Positions 13,386 through 26,617 of a stretch of DNA of 64,000 nt are shown in pieces; the first letter of the stretch is position 1, and the number at the start of each line of letters is the position of its first letter. The stretch is taken from assembly GCA_038496445.1 (NCBI GenBank), contig JALMLS010000446.1, forward strand, positions 79,056-143,055, in the 5' to 3' direction. The notes under the pieces are model-generated. The model saw only the letters and a list, made by a program, of their open reading frames with translations, had not been told where the DNA came from and did not search any database. The translations under genes and the position numbers were made by a program. This DNA comes from Trichosphaerium sp. ATCC 40318 (Eukaryota > Protista > Tubulinea).

Positions 13386-16348
13386 TTACAGTACGTGCTC
13401 GTTGGCTTGTGATCTCTTTTTAGACTCATCTATACGCTCAGGTATCTTTGATATAGTATTATTATGTTCTTTAGTACGTTTAAAATCCTCAGGGGTTGCA
13501 AGATCAAGCTCTCTAAGAGAAGCAAAGCTTACTTTTTTTATAGGTTTTGCTCGAAGTGTAGGTTCACTTTCTGATCTTACTACACTATTCTTTCTTTTAT
13601 GCTTGCGTCCATGAACAAGTATAGATATTGGTCTTTCTTCTTTACGCTTAATCTTAGGTGTTCTATCTATTTTGAATGTACGCCTTTTAACTGGTTGTAT
13701 AGAGTCCATGCCTACTTGTAATATAGTTGATTCTTTCTCTATAATCCTTCTTGAGCTATTTTCTAGTTTTGGTGTTAACAAGTGTTTTCATTTGCACGTG
13801 GAATTTTATTTTTGACATTTCTTCTTTTTTGCAAGGTTTTGTGGTACGTACCTCGAAGTACACTATCAATTTCAGTTAATGTGTAGTCAGAAATATTGTT
13901 CATTTGTAGATTGAGTGAATATAATGATAAGTTACGCTGCAGTGAATCAACTATTATATCTGAACCAGCTACAAAAAACCCAGTTGTAAGCGAATCATTG
14001 ACTTGAATAAATCGTACGTTGTGCTATATTATTGAAACTTAGATCCATCGTTACCAAGCACTGAGTTGTACGTAAAAGGGCTAAAAAAATTAAATAAAAA
14101 ACATAAAGTCTAAAGACCAAATGGGTACTTACCAGCAAAAGGTCGTGCACTGACATCACTAATATTATTTGAAGATACATTTACTGAAGTTACTGAACTA
14201 TTTGCTTGTAGTCCTTTACAAAGTGCTGTAAATCCTACATCGCCTAAAGAAATTTCAGTTAGAGAAGACTAAAAAAGTAAATTTCTGCAAAAAAACCGTT
14301 TGTGTTCAATCCATGCTAACACGTGATACTATTGCTTGGACTTTGAAAAAAAAAAAAAAGTGTTTCGGCATTGTACGTGCCGATATTATTTTTTACAAGA
14401 GATAATGATGTTAGTGTAGTGTTATCACGTAAAGCCTATGTAAATTAGTAAAAAAAAGAGGCAAAGAAAATGTTAGTTGAAAACAGTTTTTAATTGTCCG
14501 GTTCAGCACTTTTGGTACCTTTGATAGCTGAACAGCGCCTTCACTTCCAATATTATTATCATGAATCATCAAGGTCTGTAACGATTCATTTTCTGCTAAT
14601 CCTTCAGCAATTTTGCCAACACCTAAACAATATCATCAATGAGTAATTCTGTTCATCACGTGATGCATTTTTAGAAACCTCAAAGCGCTTGTTACCTTCG
14701 TCTGTGATAGCGTTGAAACTAAGGTTAAGAGTGCGTAGCATCTCTGTTTCGGCTAACAATTTACCGAGCTCTTCTGCGCCACCGTTGCCAATGTAGTTGC
14801 TACAAGATGTGAATATGTACAAGCTCTTGAAGCAATGAAATTTCTTACCTTGTAAGGTATAATGTTGTCACCGATAGATTGGTCTTTAGTGCACCACATA
14901 ACTCTTTCACACCTTCATCTCTTAGAAGATTCTTATCGAGATATAAACACGATATCAGTGGGTTCTTATCAAGAACAGCCATTAGAACATCGACTTCCAT
15001 CGAGCTTAGCTTTTTGTTAACAAGTCTCAACTCTGTGAACAAAAAAAATTAACACACAAACTGGTTGATCACGATATCATACCATTAGCATTTTTGGATC
15101 TCTCAATAGCTTTCATTATACGCCTTCGCGTATCAGCTGCTCCAATACTAGCTTCCTTAGAATCTGAGTCTACTAGTTGAATATTTAGTGTAAAACCTTT
15201 TAATTGTGACACGGAAGATGATGTCACAACGGTATCACAGTTTAAAAACCAGTGAACGCCAAACGTACACTCTTGGCTAAAAGAATCTTCGCCCACATCT
15301 AAATCTGCCGCTGCTGGTTCATGTTTCGGGCCTTGTTAAACCAGTTAGAACTACAAGTTTGGCGCCCAGTTAAAAACTTGTGGTACGTTTTACAAAATCA
15401 TTAATCTGCTGTACAAGATCTTCATCTATGTTGTTGCCTTCTAGGTGTAGTTTCTGAAGAGTCGTATTTGATTTCAATGCAGTGAGAATAGAAATGGCAC
15501 CAGTGTTCGCTAGAAAAGTACGAATGTCAAGTCTATGAGTTCCAGGAGAACATTCTTAGCGCTTACTTATGGAATTTTTCTGTAGATCGAGGGTTACCAA
15601 TGTGTCATTTTCAGCTAGTGCCTTCGCTAGTGCTTGTGCACCAACGTCATCAATCTCATTACTTCGCAGCCTACATCATGGATTAAACAAAAAATGGCAT
15701 AGGTGAAAATAACGTTGAGTTTTCGTAAAATTTTTATAACGTTGTAATAAAGAAGAGTAAACGAAAGGACTGGTGTATGCTTCTCTATGTGAGGTATTAT
15801 GATTCGTACCAAAGAGCCTTAAGCGTTTTGTTTATTCGAAGAGCATCAGCCATATATTTAGCGCCATAGGAACCTAGGCTAGAGGGCGTAAGATCAGAGA
15901 GGAATTTTTTACAACCGAAAACTGAAAAGGCACGTGACCCAGAATAGTAAAAACGATAAATGCAATTTATCCCAGTATGATATTTGTACCTGTTGTACCA
16001 AATGTAAAGAGTTTGCAGGGAAGTATTTAATTTAATAGCGTTGGCTATTTCGCGAGCACCAAGAGAGCCAATCCGATTACCTATTTTAAAGCCAGTTAGG
16101 TGTAACTGCAGTCATGTTTCACTCATCCCCTTGTGATTTTTTCTAAACGCACCATATAGGTTTAGAGATGTCAGCGGAGGGTTCCTACGCAGAAATTGAC
16201 CTAGTTGCTTTGCTCCAACGTCTCCTATCTCCTTTTGATGTAAATTAACGCAATTCACTTGTGGATCAAGCATTTGTCTTATAATCTAACATTTGAAGCT
16301 CTTAGAAGTATTCTTATAACAGTTTTAGAAGTAACTTACTGGTTCCAT
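13386..16348 (-). CDS. Ribonuclease-inhibitor-type (NLRC3/CARMIL-like) LRR protein with basic low-complexity tail; multi-exon
   Basis: Repeats of 28 aa such as LTSLNLYGNRIGSLGAREIANAIKLNTSLQTL and LVTLDLQKNSI. Contains a GC-AG intron (14244-14380). Confidence 0.9.
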
Positions 16349-17573
16349 TTGTGGGGATGTCCTATAAAGTGAACATTAGTGTTCTTTATTCAATAAGTAG
16401 GAAGGTTTGCTAACGCGTCACAAAGCCTCCGGTATCATTCTTTAGAATGTTTCGGTGTCATTGCTCACGAATTTTTTGAAAAAAAGGTGATAGGGATACC
16501 ACACAGAGCGGACTCTATGTTGGCAAAAATCGGTTTGTAATTTTTTTCAGGGATATTTTAGCACGTTTTTTCAAACAGTATTTCCTTTAATGGTGACGTA
16601 CTGGTTTCCCATTGTTACTGCAGTTATATAGGTGCTTTACACTTTGGGCTTTTTTTTGGTTTTATTTTAATTATGAGTTTGTTTAAGCGCTAAATGGATG
16701 TTTAGATGTTCATTAAGGCGAATACAAGGATTTTACTGAAAATGAGTGGGTATTTAGGCGGTTACCTTTACTTTTAAACGTGCTTTCCTTTCAAGCAGTC
16801 TGCAATTAGACAACGTCTTGTTCTACTATGTTGTATTGCAGTATTTGGTTCAAACGTTAGCTATTTTTCTATGGTCAACGAGAGCTTTTAAATGAAAAAA
16901 AAATGCAATCTCAGTGGCTTTCAACATTATCGAAACGCACTTGTTTAACGCTCACATTAATCTTTACTCTCTATCACATTCTTCTGCAGCACATATGAAC
17001 TTTGGTGGCTACTTTACAAATATCTTACTCTGAGTAGTTTATGTCAAATAATGCCTTCTGGCGAACTAGGCGCTACAAGTAAACCACGAGAAAAAGCGAG
17101 CCATGGTTTGGAAGTTTTCAGACACTTCACGCTGAAATATGTGCAAAACAGCATGAATGAATGTTAGTAGTGAAGTAAACCAACCTTGCCGATAAGGTAA
17201 GTGGTTTTATTTCAAAATAAGTATTTATAAAAAAAGTGGTTTAAACTCATGAACAGCCACTACACGCGCGTCCTACATCTTTATAATTACCAACCAACTA
17301 CTGCAATTGTAGAAAAGTTTTTACATGTTTTAAATCAACATTAAACCTCTATCTGATCTCCTTTCACTTCTTAAGATAACACGTATCTCGCCATTGATTT
17401 CAGCAGATAGAAATCTCTGAAATCGGAACAACATGAAGGCCTTGCAGTACGCATAAATCGTTCCTTTCGCTAGGTGAGCACTACCTATGCAAACCATAAA
17501 ACATATTGATACCACAAGGCTCGCTGCGTGTCGTTACCAGATGCATAGCGTCCCTTCTCAAAGTGCTAAAGCA

Positions 17574-19944
17574 ATGGACTATGTCCAAGCGCTGTTTGGT
17601 ATGTACCCATACCTATGTCTTATAGTATAAATGATATACCCTGCGTCGAGTAGCGTTAACTCTTTTGAAATAAAAAAAAAAACGGTTCATCTACTCGGTC
17701 CCTTATATCGCCCCAACCTTCATCATCTATCGTTTTATATGCTTACCAATACTAGATCGCGATGCGCAGCAACAACAAAGAACAACAAGGAACTTTCCGC
17801 CACTCCCAGAACCTAAAGAAGTACCTCCAACAACTACAGAGCCACACAGCTCTCCCAAGTCATCAAGAAAAGCCTCTAAATCATACCGTAAAAGGATACG
17901 TGTTAGAACAAACTCTCTTTTGCGTAAGTACACCACAAACAAAGTATAATAAAATCCCAACTCACAAAACACCGCTTTGACATCTTTTTCTTGCTTTAGA
18001 CGTTACAGAAAAACAGAAGAGCAAAAAAGTTTCAAAAAGGCTCTCCTTAGGTCCGCAGTACTTTGTTCATAATAAGTCCGCACCTACACGCAAACAGCGC
18101 ACGTCTGCGCCGGAGCTTTTAATGAAAGCCAAACATAATTACAGAGGACTCAATAGTAGCAGTAGTTCCGCTGACTCTGCTAAAGAAAATACATCACGTG
18201 TTTCAACAATAAGAAACAAGTTTAATGCCAGAAGCACGCCTACATCGCTCAGTGACCCACTATCACGTACGTCTCCGGGAAAACAAAGAAAACTAAACAC
18301 AAACACCTAATTGGAGGGAAAACCAAGCAAAGAAAACGAGCATAACTGCTAAACACAGTTTGTTGTTCGGTTTTTTTTTTTTCACACGATTTTTAACGTT
18401 AAAACATCCAACTACAGTAGTGTAAATAACACCTTATATTAGGCGTAAGTCAATCACCAAAGAGGATAAAAAAGTCTGCTTCAAAGGGAGCCCGTAAAGG
18501 TCGTTCAAGGTCGTATACTCCTAGACCACAGTTTTCTTTTGATACAAGAGCGAAGGTTAGTTTCGAAATTGTTCACTGTTTTTTTGTGCTTTTTTCTAAC
18601 ATTACCAAAGAGCGCTAGTGGTCATAGTCACCCTCAAAAACCAACTTTTCACCGCAAACGTACGTAGTTACCGCCAATTGCTGCAATGGCTGCAAGATTT
18701 TAAGTTCCTTTTTTCTCGCTAAAAATTCCGTTTAGGATTTAAAGAAGAGGCTGCCGTTCGTTACACTTTTGAGCTAGCAGAGTACGTACAATATCTTAGC
18801 AATAATATCTAAGCAGTTTTTATAGAGAACATTGTCAACGTATATCAGCGACATGGTCTTGTATTGAGGCGATGGATAACTTGGAGGATCCAGCGCTTTC
18901 AGGTGTATACAGATTCTCTGATGTGTGTATCGAGACAATGCAAATTCTTGACGTAAATATGTGCCGTTTCTTTAGCCAAGGGTCAACACACCAGGCCAGG
19001 GACTTGATGAAGATAATGAGAGCACTCACAAAATATTTTGATAAAAAAGAAACGCTTGCAAAGCTATTTTTACAAATGGGTGAGCGACACTGCATATACG
19101 GAGTTGAACCAAAACAATATGGATACCTTTGTACAGCTATAATTACTGGTCTTGAGACTATACTTGGTATATCATTCGACGCAGCTTCAAATCAAGCATG
19201 GGAAGCTTTATTTAAGGAGTTCACAAGACTGTTGGTAAGTGATGTCCTCCAATATGTTCAAACTACTTTTCTTGCATATTTTTTTTTCTAACTTATCATC
19301 TCTAGGTTGAAGGCGCTAATAGATCACGTGTTGAAACGAAGCAACTATGTTCAATATGTACACAAGGTACGAGATTATAAATTTCTCGTTTTCCGTTTTT
19401 TTTTAAATTATCACGTGTCCAAAAAAAAATTAACACGTGATTAATTTAGAATTCACTCGTTGGTCAAGTAAATGGAGAGAATACTATATCGTTGTAAATA
19501 ATGATGGAGTTAATGTATACAGAAACAGACGTGCTAAAAAACCAAAATTCACTTGGCCTTACAATGAAATCTCTTACATAGGTGCGTACCTTACTTAATC
19601 ACAGTTCGACTTAAGAAATTACAAAAAAATCGCATCTAGCTTTACCTTGAACTGCTCCGGTTTTGTTTTTGTCAATTAAACAATACCATGTCTTTCTTTA
19701 TTTACCATTTATTAACTTTTTGCTTTAAGGCTCTGCTACGCTACCTGTATCAAGTTCAAAACAGGATTTATGCTTTGAAGTAGTTGCAGAAGGAGAAAAA
19801 TTTTTCGTGTATCCAATAACAAAAGCGAGTGCTGATAGTAACGATGCTAAAGAATCTTTATCACATGAAATCGCATGGCGTGCAGCTGCTAGCCAAAGAG
19901 ATACTTCGTTGCTTATATCATCACAAAGGATAGAAGCATTGTAA
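17574..19944 (+). CDS. Protein with disordered N-terminus, globin domain and C-terminal PH domain
   Basis: Globin: QARDLMKIM...LQMGERHCIYGVEPKQY...AWEALF (proximal His). Spliced downstream: SKWREYYIVVNNDGVNVYRNRRAKKPK...LCFEVVAEGEKFFVY (PH-like). The start codon is tentative. Confidence 0.75.
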
Positions 19945-20189
19945 AACAATAACAAAAAAATCAAACTAAACTGTATAGATAATAAACAATGTATTGTACT
20001 AAAGTGTTTATATTATCTTACGTCTTGAAGTGATTCTCTCAATAGCGCTTTATTACAAATTTAATTGCAACGAAACATATACACTGTAATGAGAGCACTG
20101 AGTAATGGTAAGAAGGTGTATGGCAAGTACAAATACAATTTTGACACAAACGAACTAGGCGTATTAAAAAAGACACGATATTTTATTTC

Positions 20190-21519
20190 TCATCGCATGT
20201 GAGGAGCTCTTGGTTCTGGACCAGCTTTTATTTGTTTCCATATTTCCTCCTGCTCTTTTTCAGCCATAAAATACTCTTCATTACAAAACTGACATTCAAC
20301 CTTTGGTGTTTCTCCTTCTTTGAACATTTTCAAAAAATCAGGAAAAGACTTCTCTCCAAGCATTGCAAGGTTTGTCATACATCTTGATTTAGAACAACGA
20401 CAATGAAAGTCTACTGGATAATTTATACGCGATCTTGGATTTTTAGGTAGTTCTTCGCCAAACACAAGGTCCAAGACTTCTTCAAGATATTGTGTTTCTT
20501 CTGTAAATAAAACATCAAGAGGAGGCAATTTGTAGTCAATCTGGTGTCTCAAATCCTCTAAGTCTTCATTAACGTCCTTAGTAGCATCTGGTAATGTCTT
20601 AATATATAGTCCACCAGAAAATAGAACTAAAAGAAATCAGTCAACATCAAGAACGCGAAAACAAAAAAAACACGCTTGGTTTTTTTAACGGTTTTTTCAT
20701 CTTGTAAGAAATCGAAGTAGAATGGTGTTTAGTGCTTGCGTTCGTCTTTTTTATCGTATCCAGTGTATAACCTCATAATAGCAGGTTGTTGATCACCTCT
20801 TAAACAAAAGTTTTCAACATCTCCAGCAACATCAGCTGTTGTCAAAGATACAATCGAACTCATTGGCTTTGCATTTTCATAGAGATACTGGAATACCGTC
20901 AGTGAGCCCTTACGCATACACATGCCAATAGGCATACTCGGCATATGATATTCAGGACGTGTTAGGTACCCATTGAGCTCGCCTGTTCGACCAGCGCGAA
21001 TCGTCATTCTCTGCAATTGTTAACGCCTATTTTTTGATTAAAGCGTCGTACCTCAATTGGGCCTTTTGCGTTAAAATCGAGCACCACTCGCTCTTTTAAA
21101 CCAAGAAATGAGCTCATTAAAGCGCCAGCGCTTAATCCCCGTCCTATTGGAATAAATACAATAAAATATTGCTCTGTGGGTACCTAAGAGCTTTGCTGTT
21201 GTGTTTGTAAGCTTATGTCTTTCTTTTGCTTTGGCGGTAGCTTTTGTGTTGTTCACTGTACAAATTAACGTTTTTCATGCATAATGACGGCGTACCAATA
21301 GCAATTCGAAACTTATCTGTAAAAGTAACCAACATACCGTCTCTGGTACGCTGAAACCAATAAATAAACGAAAGGGCAGTACATAAACGAAACTCGTACC
21401 CTTCTCTCTTCATACTGTGTGCCTGTCAATGAATCGACTTTTGTTACATAAAAACGTGATTTTAACGTTGATTTACGCGTATACAGGGCTGTAGACAGCC
21501 GTTGCCTTGCACACAGCAT
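20190..21519 (-). CDS. hslO: Hsp33 (HslO) redox-regulated chaperone with mitochondrial-presequence-like N-terminus
   Basis: C-terminal FHCRCSK...VECQFCNEEY zinc motif; FSGGLYIKTLPDA; LLGRGLSAGALMSSFL; N-terminus MLCARQRLSTALY. Confidence 0.85.
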
Positions 21520-21565
21520 TGTGACTTAGATGAAAAGTTTTAAGTCATCGTACAGCATCAAAACC

Positions 21566-22322
21566 ATGGCAGGTTCAAACAAAGACATGGAGAGTAAACT
21601 CCTTAGATCCCAAATTAAATCATTAGGTATATTTAAAACGCAATTATCCACGTGATTTTGTTTTCTAACCAAAAAACCGTTTTAGATGAAGAAATCGCTG
21701 ATTTGACGGAGAAAACGAATAACCTACAGCAACAGAACTCTTATTTAAAAAAACAGAATATTAAAATGCGTCTAGAGACAATAGAATTGAAGCAAGTAAA
21801 TGAGTGAGTACACAAGGGCCATATCATTTACTCCAAAGAGCTACCAGTATTTTTAGAGAATTGTTGGAAAAAACAAAAGATATCAAACCATCAAAATCGC
21901 CTCCACCAGAGCCAGTGGTTCAAACTCAAGTGCCTGTAAGAGAAATCCAATACTGATAAATCACTTACTTACAGAGATGTAGGATAAAGAGATAATGCAA
22001 CTGATAGCAGCGCTACGACAAGAAATATCAAGCATGCAATATAGTTTTAGACATTTTCTAAGTTTCTTTAGGAATTAATAACGTTCCGGCTGCAACAGGT
22101 GGAGAGGGCTTAGACCAAGTTGAAATGAACTTGGAGAAGCTTAAATGTATGGTTGACGTATTAGACAAGTCTGTTGAGAACCATACTGAACATGCAGTAT
22201 CTAATCATCGTACCACATGGAGGATAGTGATTGCTACTTTAGTTTTTTGTACAATGTTTGTAGGACTTTATCTTGTACTACGTACTGTAATTGAAGGGAA
22301 GCCTCATCGCTACTATTATTAA
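21566..22322 (+). CDS. Coiled-coil protein with C-terminal TM anchor
   Basis: MAGSNKDMESKLLRSQIKSL...; heptad-rich; ends IVIATLVFCTMFVGLYLVL...HRYYY*. Confidence 0.7.
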
Positions 22323-22589
22323 AACACAATGCGTCAATGCAATTTAAACTCTTTTCTTACCATTTAAGTCCCCAGAAGCCACAAGCCAGATCGACATTTG
22401 ATTCGCAGATTCTGGCCAAGAAAACTTGCACAATTTTGTAGTACATGACGTAAAAAACTCTAAAACGAAGCAAATAGCAAAGTAAACGTCTACATAATCC
22501 AACCTGAAACAAAGGGCAGAAAAGTTTTTAAGTTAATGTTTGACATGCTTAAACAGGCTTGTAAACATTTAGCGTGTGCGTCAACGACA

Positions 22590-25500
22590 ATGAGATACGG
22601 TAGAAAGTATTCCAAACAATGGGGTAGGGCAATCATTTACCCTAAAAACGTAGGCAATTAACCGTTGTACATAGCCTCCCCTACGCCCTATGTTGTAGCG
22701 TTTTACATCGCTGTAACGTTTCTTGGTACATATTTGTTCTACAGGCACGACTTTGATACTGTACGTCGTATAAACAATATATTTAGACTCCCTACGCCAA
22801 AACCAGCGTCGGCGCCTCTCACCGAGTTTTCTGAAGCGCGTGGCAAGTAAAGTTGTTTAAAAATCCTTTGTAACGAGCTCTTTAGCGCTTGAACATGTCA
22901 AGCGTATTACTCAGCTTGGTCCTCGCACTACAGGAAGCGTAAATAACGAATTGGTCACACCAGAATATTTGCTTGAAGTATTGAATAAAATCAAGAACTC
23001 TGCGAACGGAGCTTGGCATATAGAGATTGAAACACAACGTCCAACAGGAGCATTCAATCTTCAGTTTTTAGACCATACATTCACTAGCTACTACCAAAAT
23101 ATAACAAATATATTACTACGCATGTCTAGGAGAGGTAATCTAGCCAGTTTTTTATCAAATGATAAAATCAGTGACATCTGCAATGTGTCAAAAAAAAAAA
23201 AAACCATTCCGAAAAATTTCTTCTTTTTTGACATGTTTTTTTTTCTAGGTTATAAAGGAAAGGTTAATGCTTTGTTATTTTCTTCTCATTTTGACTCCGC
23301 ACTTGGAAGCCCAGCTGTACACATTTATTTAAATTATTAAAGCAGTTCTAACTTGTAAAAAGGCTTCAGATGACGCAGCGAACATTGGAACAATGGTGGA
23401 GGTATGTTAGTACTTTTTTTGTGATTTGTTTTCTTGAGATAATATTTGATGAATCACTCATATTGCCTTCTTGTAGATTGCTAGATGTTTGTCTGTGTCA
23501 GAGCCTACAAAAAATGCCGTTATATTTAACTTCAATGGAGCTGAAGAGACAATTCTTCAGGTACAAGCTTTTAAAGCAAGTTTTTTTTGGAACAATTTTC
23601 CTTACATTTGAGCACTAAAGGCCAGTCATGGATTTATTACTCAACACTCATGGGCTAAGAGTATACGAGGATTTATAAATTTAGAGAGTTCGGGTGCTGG
23701 AGGGCGAGAAATTGTTTTCCAGGTAAAACCTTAAGTTCTGACTTATGGTCGCATTGACTATTTTGTTTTTACTTTTAGACTGGACCTCAACATGCCTGGT
23801 TAATCCGTTCGTATGCACAAGCTGTACCTAGACCACATAGTTCTATTGCAGGACAAGAAATATTCCAATCCGGAGTAATTCCATCTGATACCGTACGCAA
23901 CAAGCAAAGCGAAAAAATAAAGCACTTCCCTCGCTAACTTTTGTTTAAGGATTTCCGTATCTACAGAGACTATGGCGGTATCCCTGGTATTGATGCTGCG
24001 TACATAGCAAATGGTTGGGTATATCATACGCCCTTGGATGATGTTAATCATCTTGGAGTTGGAGCTGTACAACATACTGGTGATAACTTCCTTGCTTTGG
24101 CAAAATTTCTTCTCAACTCTGACGTTTTATACAACCATGACAAATACGCTGAAGAAACAGCTGTATTTCATGATGTATTTGGATCATTCATGATTATAAT
24201 GTCACGTGAAACTGCTTTTATTTTTAACTGTGTTACTATAATTGGAGCACTCCTTGTGATTGTTTTGAAAGGTTGGTTCACCTTTGAACTTGTCAAAACG
24301 TTCTTTCTGCACATTGTACGTTATGCTTTCTTTCAGGGTTTTCTTCCTTCTTGCTGTTTTCAAAGAAACCTTTTTACTTTGGAATTGGATAAGCAAAGAG
24401 CTGATTAATCTTCGTGTAGGTTTCTCTTGTTTTGGGTGTTATCTGCGCTGTTGCTGTTGCATTATTCCAAGTGTTTATTTTACAAAGACCGATGTCGTGG
24501 TATCACTCAGTGCCTTTAGCAATGTCATTATTCTGCACATCTGCAGGTATAGGCGTATGTAAGTACAACTACAAGGCACAATACAAAAGAAATTTTTGTG
24601 CTAAAGTTCTGTTCATAGGTTTCGTGCATAGTACCTTCATCTCTAGCGTTAAAAAGAACGCTGTTCAAACAGAACGTGAAGTTTTTGTTTCTGGAGTATT
24701 ATTATGGATCGTTCTATTGTCTGCTGCTACACTAGGTGGCTTGGTAAGTTAATACTATTACTTACCTTAGAAGTTAATCAATTAACTAATGGTGTAGGGT
24801 TCTGCTTTCATACTTAGTTACTGGGTTGCTTTTCCAATAATTTTCCGTTTAATTTCTTCTTTTTTTAAACCTGGTGCACTTAGTTATGCACTAACATTAG
24901 CAGGTAAATAATAGGTTATCTTTATTGTAAATAACGCACTCTTTAGGTCAATTCTTTCCTGTCATTATGATAATTTTACACTTGTTTCCAGTATGGTTGA
25001 CTTTCATTGCAAGTACGGGATTACCTTGGTTAGATTATTTAGTTGCTGATGTCATGTTTAGTCACTGGAAGGAGTGGCACAACTGTAATCTCAGATATTG
25101 TTGTATCTATTCTTGTTTCTTTTCCATCTTTATTACTTATATCAATTGCAATCAGTTTGATACACTTAAAACCAGGAGACTGGAAAAAAATTCAAATGGT
25201 TTTGGTACAAGCTTTAACTTTTTTGGTCTCTTTTTGCTGATTTTTTACTTAGGTGGCAATTCTTATTGTTGCTATTACTATATCTCTCTTGCATGGACCG
25301 TACTCAAGTGAAGCGCCAAAACGCGCCTTTGGACAGCATATACAGCGTACATTTTACGACCATAATAACAACGTGCTTAAAGAAGGTATGATAAGTAAGC
25401 TAAGTGCTAAGATTAATTTTTTTTTAAAGACTCAGGCATTTGGCTGAATGCGTTTGATTACAATGCACTAAAGCCATTTAAATCATTAAAATCAGATGTG

Positions 25501-26220
25501 TATGACCTATCTAAAATGGAGCACTTCCCACAAGATGAGGATGGTGTCTACGGGAACTTTCCATGGTACCACAACTACTGAAAAAAAACCTCCGAACGTT
25601 TAAAAGTTAATAGGTATCTACGAGTAAGAAAGATGGTTCAAGAACATTGGTATATCCCATGTGATCCTCCTTCTCTACAAAGACCACGTTTGGTTCTTAC
25701 TAGCGATGTGACTACTAGTGGTGTCCGAAGAATGGACTTCAAAGGTATGAACTTATTATGTTCTACTTTTTTTCTAACTTTTGGATTTTTTAGTCACAGG
25801 AGCACCACAGATGACTTTTTATCTACAACCTTCTGACGGACAGATCAATAAATGGTCTCTAACTAATGACACACCAAAAAGTAAGTATAAAAACGCCTCA
25901 AGACACTCAATCCGGTTAAAATTGCTAATTTTTGACAAGTCAAACAAAAAAAAAAATAGCTCCTAACTTTCTTGGTAGACAAACATACAAGCGACTTTTT
26001 TATCTTATTCGCAAGTGGTAAAGTAGATGATACATCTCTTGACTTTTGGATTGAGATAGACCCAAAAGCATCTCTACAATTCGCAGTGTCAAGTCATTAC
26101 CTCTCTAACCAAGAGGGTAAGCCTCTTCAAGATTTACTCGCTATGATGCCAAAGTGGGTAGCGCCTGTAACTTGGACAGCGATGTGGGCTCACTGGATGT
26201 TCCCTGCCAGTACACAATGA
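22590..26220 (+). CDS. ERMP1: M28 family membrane metallopeptidase (ERMP1-like); many exons
   Basis: Motifs [61 protein letters not shown], then multiple TM helices and SEAPKR...QH. Confidence 0.92.
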
Positions 26221-26617
26221 CGAAAATTCACACTTTAGAGTCTACAAAATAAAATGAAGTAAGAGAGTTTTGGTGCTACGCGTCGTACGCTAGCGCGTCA
26301 ATACGTTAGTACAAAAAGTGTCTACAAGATATCTTTTTTTTAAGTATCCTAAGAAAAGCGTACACACGCTTTAGTTTTGCGCTACGCGATTTCTGGGCGA
26401 ACAGGGCACTTCAAGTGTTGTTTATGCTACTTTTTTTGTAGAATGGACTTGTTTGTCTACGCGCTAACAGTTAATACGTGAGTGTTCAGTTTGGGTGTTT
26501 ATAAGGCGAACCGATGCTATGATAAAATGGGAGGAAGTGACTTAATTTAGATTGATGATTTAATTTTTTTAATCGCACCGTTACACGCTTGAAGAGAATT
26601 CAACGTACTTGAAAGTT

